A DNA stretch of 28,614 bases from Candidatus Bathyarchaeota archaeon (GTDB taxonomy: Archaea; Thermoproteota; Bathyarchaeia; Bathyarchaeales; Bathycorpusculaceae), in assembly GCA_030672945.1 (NCBI GenBank), contig DAOVFL010000001.1, positions 1-28,614 on the forward strand, in the 5' to 3' direction. Of this stretch, positions 25,836 to 28,614 are shown one piece after another. How positions within the stretch are numbered: the stretch's first letter is position 1; every line of letters begins with the position of its first letter. The translations under genes were made by a program, and so were the position numbers. The notes beneath the pieces were generated by a model. The model was given only the letters and a program-made list of their open reading frames with translations. It did not search any database and was not told where the DNA came from.

Positions 25836-26990
25836 TCACATTCTCTTCATTAATCGGTTGATTATTGTCAGTTTCTGCATTTCAGAGGTTCCCTCATATA
25901 TCTCTGTTATTTTTGCACATCTGTGGAAGCGTTCAACATGGTAATCCGCCAGATATCCGTATCCACCATAAACTTGGATTGCCTCATCAGTAACTTCCAT
26001 TGCAACTCTGCCTGCGAAGGCTTTCGCCATAGAAGTTGCGACTGGATCAACTCTTCCTTGATCAAACAACCAAGCTGCCTTATAAGTTAGCATTCTTGCA
26101 GCTTCGATCTTGATCGCCATGTCAGCCAGTTTAAAGGATATTCCCTGGAATTTTATTATTGGCGACCCGAATTGTTTTCTGGTTTTAGCGTATTGGAATG
26201 CCCGTTCAAAGGCTCCTTGAGACATGCCGACGGCTTGAGCTGCCACTGTAATCCTTGTCTCATCGAAAAGCGCTAAAGTATAGTAGAAGCCTTTGTTTAG
26301 CTCACCTACAACGTTTTTTTCAGGCAGTTTGACATCGCTCAGTGAAAGAGAACCTGTGATGCATGGTCTAATGCCCCTCTTTCTTTTCAGCTTTGTAGCT
26401 TCCAATCCCTGTGTACTCTTCTCCATGAGGAATATGCTTTGACCCCTATGCGGTGGTGTGACGTTTGGGTCTGTCTGGCAAAGCACTATGAACGTGTCTG
26501 CTACTGGAGCATTTGTTATGAATTCTTTACTACCGTTGATGACCCATTCATCTCCACTTTTTACTGCTGTTGTATCCATGCGTGTTATGTCGCTCCCATG
26601 CTCAGGTTCTGAAAAGGCTGCAGCGGATATTGCGTCGCCTTTAGCCAACGGTGGAATGTACTTCTTCCTCTGTTCTTCGGTTCCATGTTTTAGAAGGATA
26701 TCTGGAACCATCAAGTTTCCAAGTGAAACTGCAGCTCCGAATCCTGGGTCCACCCTGCACATCTCCTCAACTACCATAGAGTCTTCGAGAAGACCATATC
26801 CTTGTCCATCATACTCTTCGGGAATCCTCATACTTGTGAATCCGAGTCTGGCTGCTTTCTTATAGAGTTCCATAGGGAATTTTTCTTTTTCATCGAAGTC
26901 TATGACTAGTTCTGGAGTAAACTCCTTTTCGCAGAATTCCTTGACGGCTCGTTTAATTTCCTTCTGTTCCTCACTTAATTCAAAATGCAT
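25836..26990 (-). CDS. Acyl-CoA dehydrogenase
   Basis: AFSEPEHGSD, INGSKEFITNA, R.QFG..I..FQ, AIQVYGGYGY, IYEGTSE. Confidence 0.96.
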   Translation of the reverse strand: MHFELSEEQKEIKRAVKEFCEKEFTPELVIDFDEKEKFPMELYKKAARLGFTSMRIPEEYDGQGYGLLEDSMVVEEMCRVDPGFGAAVSLGNLMVPDILLKHGTEEQRKKYIPPLAKGDAISAAAFSEPEHGSDITRMDTTAVKSGDEWVINGSKEFITNAPVADTFIVLCQTDPNVTPPHRGQSIFLMEKSTQGLEATKLKRKRGIRPCITGSLSLSDVKLPEKNVVGELNKGFYYTLALFDETRITVAAQAVGMSQGAFERAFQYAKTRKQFGSPIIKFQGISFKLADMAIKIEAARMLTYKAAWLFDQGRVDPVATSMAKAFAGRVAMEVTDEAIQVYGGYGYLADYHVERFHRCAKITEIYEGTSEMQKLTIINRLMKRM

Positions 26991-27017
26991 TTAGCCTTTC
27001 TCCTTTTCATATTAGAA

Positions 27018-28001
27018 TTATGACTTTTGCCCTTTTAACTCATATATTTTGCTTTGCAGTGGAGGCACTATCTTGAACAAGTCTTCAACAATGCCGTAGT
27101 CGGAGAAGTTGAATATTGGAGCTTTAGGGTCCTTGTTTACAGCTATGATCAGGTCTGAACTTTTCATTCCTAAAACATGTTGGAACGCACCGCTTATTCC
27201 AAGAGCAATATAAAGTTTTGGCTTTACTGTTTTTCCAGAAGTACCTACTTGGCGATCGTTTGGAAGCCATCCCTTGTCTACGATTGGTCTTGAGCAGGCA
27301 AGTACTCCTCCAAGGCTTTTTGCCAACTCTTCTACCGTGGCCATGTTGTTTTCATCCTTTATCCCTCGTCCAATACCAATCAGCATGTCTGCAGCTGTTA
27401 TGTCAACTCCACCCGGAGGAGGTAAGACATATTCGATGAAACGTTTATTGGTTATTTCCTCCGTCAGAGAAGAGGGTTTTTCCATGATCTCCCCATTCAA
27501 GGCGGGTTTTTGAGCCGTGAAAGCTGCTTGACGAACAGTAACAATGTAGCCTTCTGCCCTGCGGATGGTTGCTCTAACATTTACCTTACCACCGTACATC
27601 TGCCTTGTTACAAAGAAGGTTTCACCTTCAAACTTCAAGTCTATACAGTCTGTTGCAAGCGGCAATCCACACGCGACTGCAAGGCTTGGGGCTAGATCCA
27701 CACCAAATGACGTGTGTCCTATCATTGTTAGCAGCGGCTTATGTTCATTGATTAGGTTTATCAGCTCTTTCTTGTATGCTTCAGAGTTGAAGTTTTCCAA
27801 TTTCGCATCTTCAACGAGCAAAACCTTTTCCGCGTATTCTGAAATAGTTTTAGCCTGTTCTTTAACGTCTTTGCCCAGTAGAACTGCGGTTAGATCTGCA
27901 TTTGTTTTTTCAGCTATTTCTTTACCCTTAGTCAATATTTCGAAAGTTATGTCTCTGATTTGTCCCTGTCTATGCTCTGCTAAACAGAATAGCTCTGTCA
28001 T
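27018..28001 (-). CDS. etfA: Electron transfer flavoprotein alpha subunit
   Basis: GRGI, SRPIVD.GW, QVGTSGKTVKP.LYIALGISGAFQH, AVNKDPKAPIF. Confidence 0.97.
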   Translation of the reverse strand: MTELFCLAEHRQGQIRDITFEILTKGKEIAEKTNADLTAVLLGKDVKEQAKTISEYAEKVLLVEDAKLENFNSEAYKKELINLINEHKPLLTMIGHTSFGVDLAPSLAVACGLPLATDCIDLKFEGETFFVTRQMYGGKVNVRATIRRAEGYIVTVRQAAFTAQKPALNGEIMEKPSSLTEEITNKRFIEYVLPPPGGVDITAADMLIGIGRGIKDENNMATVEELAKSLGGVLACSRPIVDKGWLPNDRQVGTSGKTVKPKLYIALGISGAFQHVLGMKSSDLIIAVNKDPKAPIFNFSDYGIVEDLFKIVPPLQSKIYELKGQKS

Positions 28002-28614
28002 TTATATCAGCCCCCTTGATTTTATGATTTCAGCGATTTTAGTGGCAACTTCTTCCGGAGTTCCCTTAATGAATTCTGCCTGTTTCTCCACCGGAGGTGC
28101 AAACATCTTCTCTATCTTTATCCATGAACCTGCTTCACCAACATCATTTTCACTCAAGCCCACATCCGCCAAGCCTAGAACTTTTATCTCTTTCTTCATG
28201 GCTTTTCTAATACCCAAGATGGAAACATATCTTGGTTCATTTATTCCTGTCTGAACTGAAAGAACGGCGGGTAATTTCACTTCGACTATTTCTTCCAAAC
28301 CTCCTTCCAATTCGCGGTTAACCTTAGCAACGCCGTCGCCTAGCTCGATTTTCTTAATCATAGTTGCGTGGGGAATTCTAAGCATTTCTGCAAGTACTGG
28401 TCCAACCATTGTGCAGCCATCGTCGCTAGCTAAGGCACCAGTTAATATCAAGTCAAAGGGCAAACCTCCAATTGCACTGTACAAGATTTTTGCGATGGCA
28501 TAACTGTCAGAACCTTCAAACTTCTCATCTGTTAGCCTTATGGCTTTATCTGCTCCCCTAGCCAAGCACTTTCTTAACGTGCTATCAGCATCTCCAGCAC
28601 CCACAGTTACTGCT
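28002..28614 (-). CDS. etfB: Electron transfer flavoprotein beta subunit (5' end outside window)
   Basis: LARGAD, DLILTG, INEPRY. Frame is open to the window edge. Confidence 0.95.
   Translation of the reverse strand, partial: AVTVGAGDADSTLRKCLARGADKAIRLTDEKFEGSDSYAIAKILYSAIGGLPFDLILTGALASDDGCTMVGPVLAEMLRIPHATMIKKIELGDGVAKVNRELEGGLEEIVEVKLPAVLSVQTGINEPRYVSILGIRKAMKKEIKVLGLADVGLSENDVGEAGSWIKIEKMFAPPVEKQAEFIKGTPEEVATKIAEIIKSRGLI

Noticed and set aside
27565-28254. 229-aa plus-strand ORF
   Set aside because: Antisense to well-conserved etfA/etfB.
1-28614. tRNA, rRNA, CRISPR arrays, transposases or integrases
   Set aside because: No cloverleaf, rRNA-like tract, regularly spaced repeats or DDE/tyrosine recombinase motifs were seen by eye. 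Small ncRNAs cannot be excluded without a covariance-model search.

Overview
Archaeal window, TACK-like and most reminiscent of Bathyarchaeia (inferred from r-protein style, gene order and TATA-type promoters). Left to right: (1) an ATP-dependent DNA ligase split by a 32-nt hairpin-forming insertion, with its OB-fold continuing intact in another frame off the window edge; (2) a TPR/SNAP-like protein; (3) a plus-strand cluster of amidohydrolase, threonine-synthase-like protein fused to a PadR-type wHTH and lacking the PLP Schiff-base Lys (SFKDR to SFRDR), a perfect 30-bp palindrome, an ECF S-component and a PurM/ThiL/HypE-family protein; (4) two GT2 glycosyltransferases, a SAM methyltransferase and a radical SAM enzyme; (5) the minus-strand ribosomal superoperon from uL22 through secY, DUF106, eL34 and cmk, with a very basic Hsp20-family gene inserted between uL30 and uL15 and long charged tails on uL24, eL32 and uS3; (6) a patch of microproteins and a pseudogene; (7) a divergent tetraether synthase (Tes/GDGT-MAS-like) radical SAM enzyme; (8) acyl-CoA dehydrogenase, EtfA and partial EtfB. 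No tRNA, rRNA, CRISPR array or transposase was recognised. The best candidate for an undescribed system is the pseudo-ThrC-wHTH regulator with its adjacent palindrome and vitamin-type ECF transporter. All family calls come from motif recognition by eye; no searches were run.
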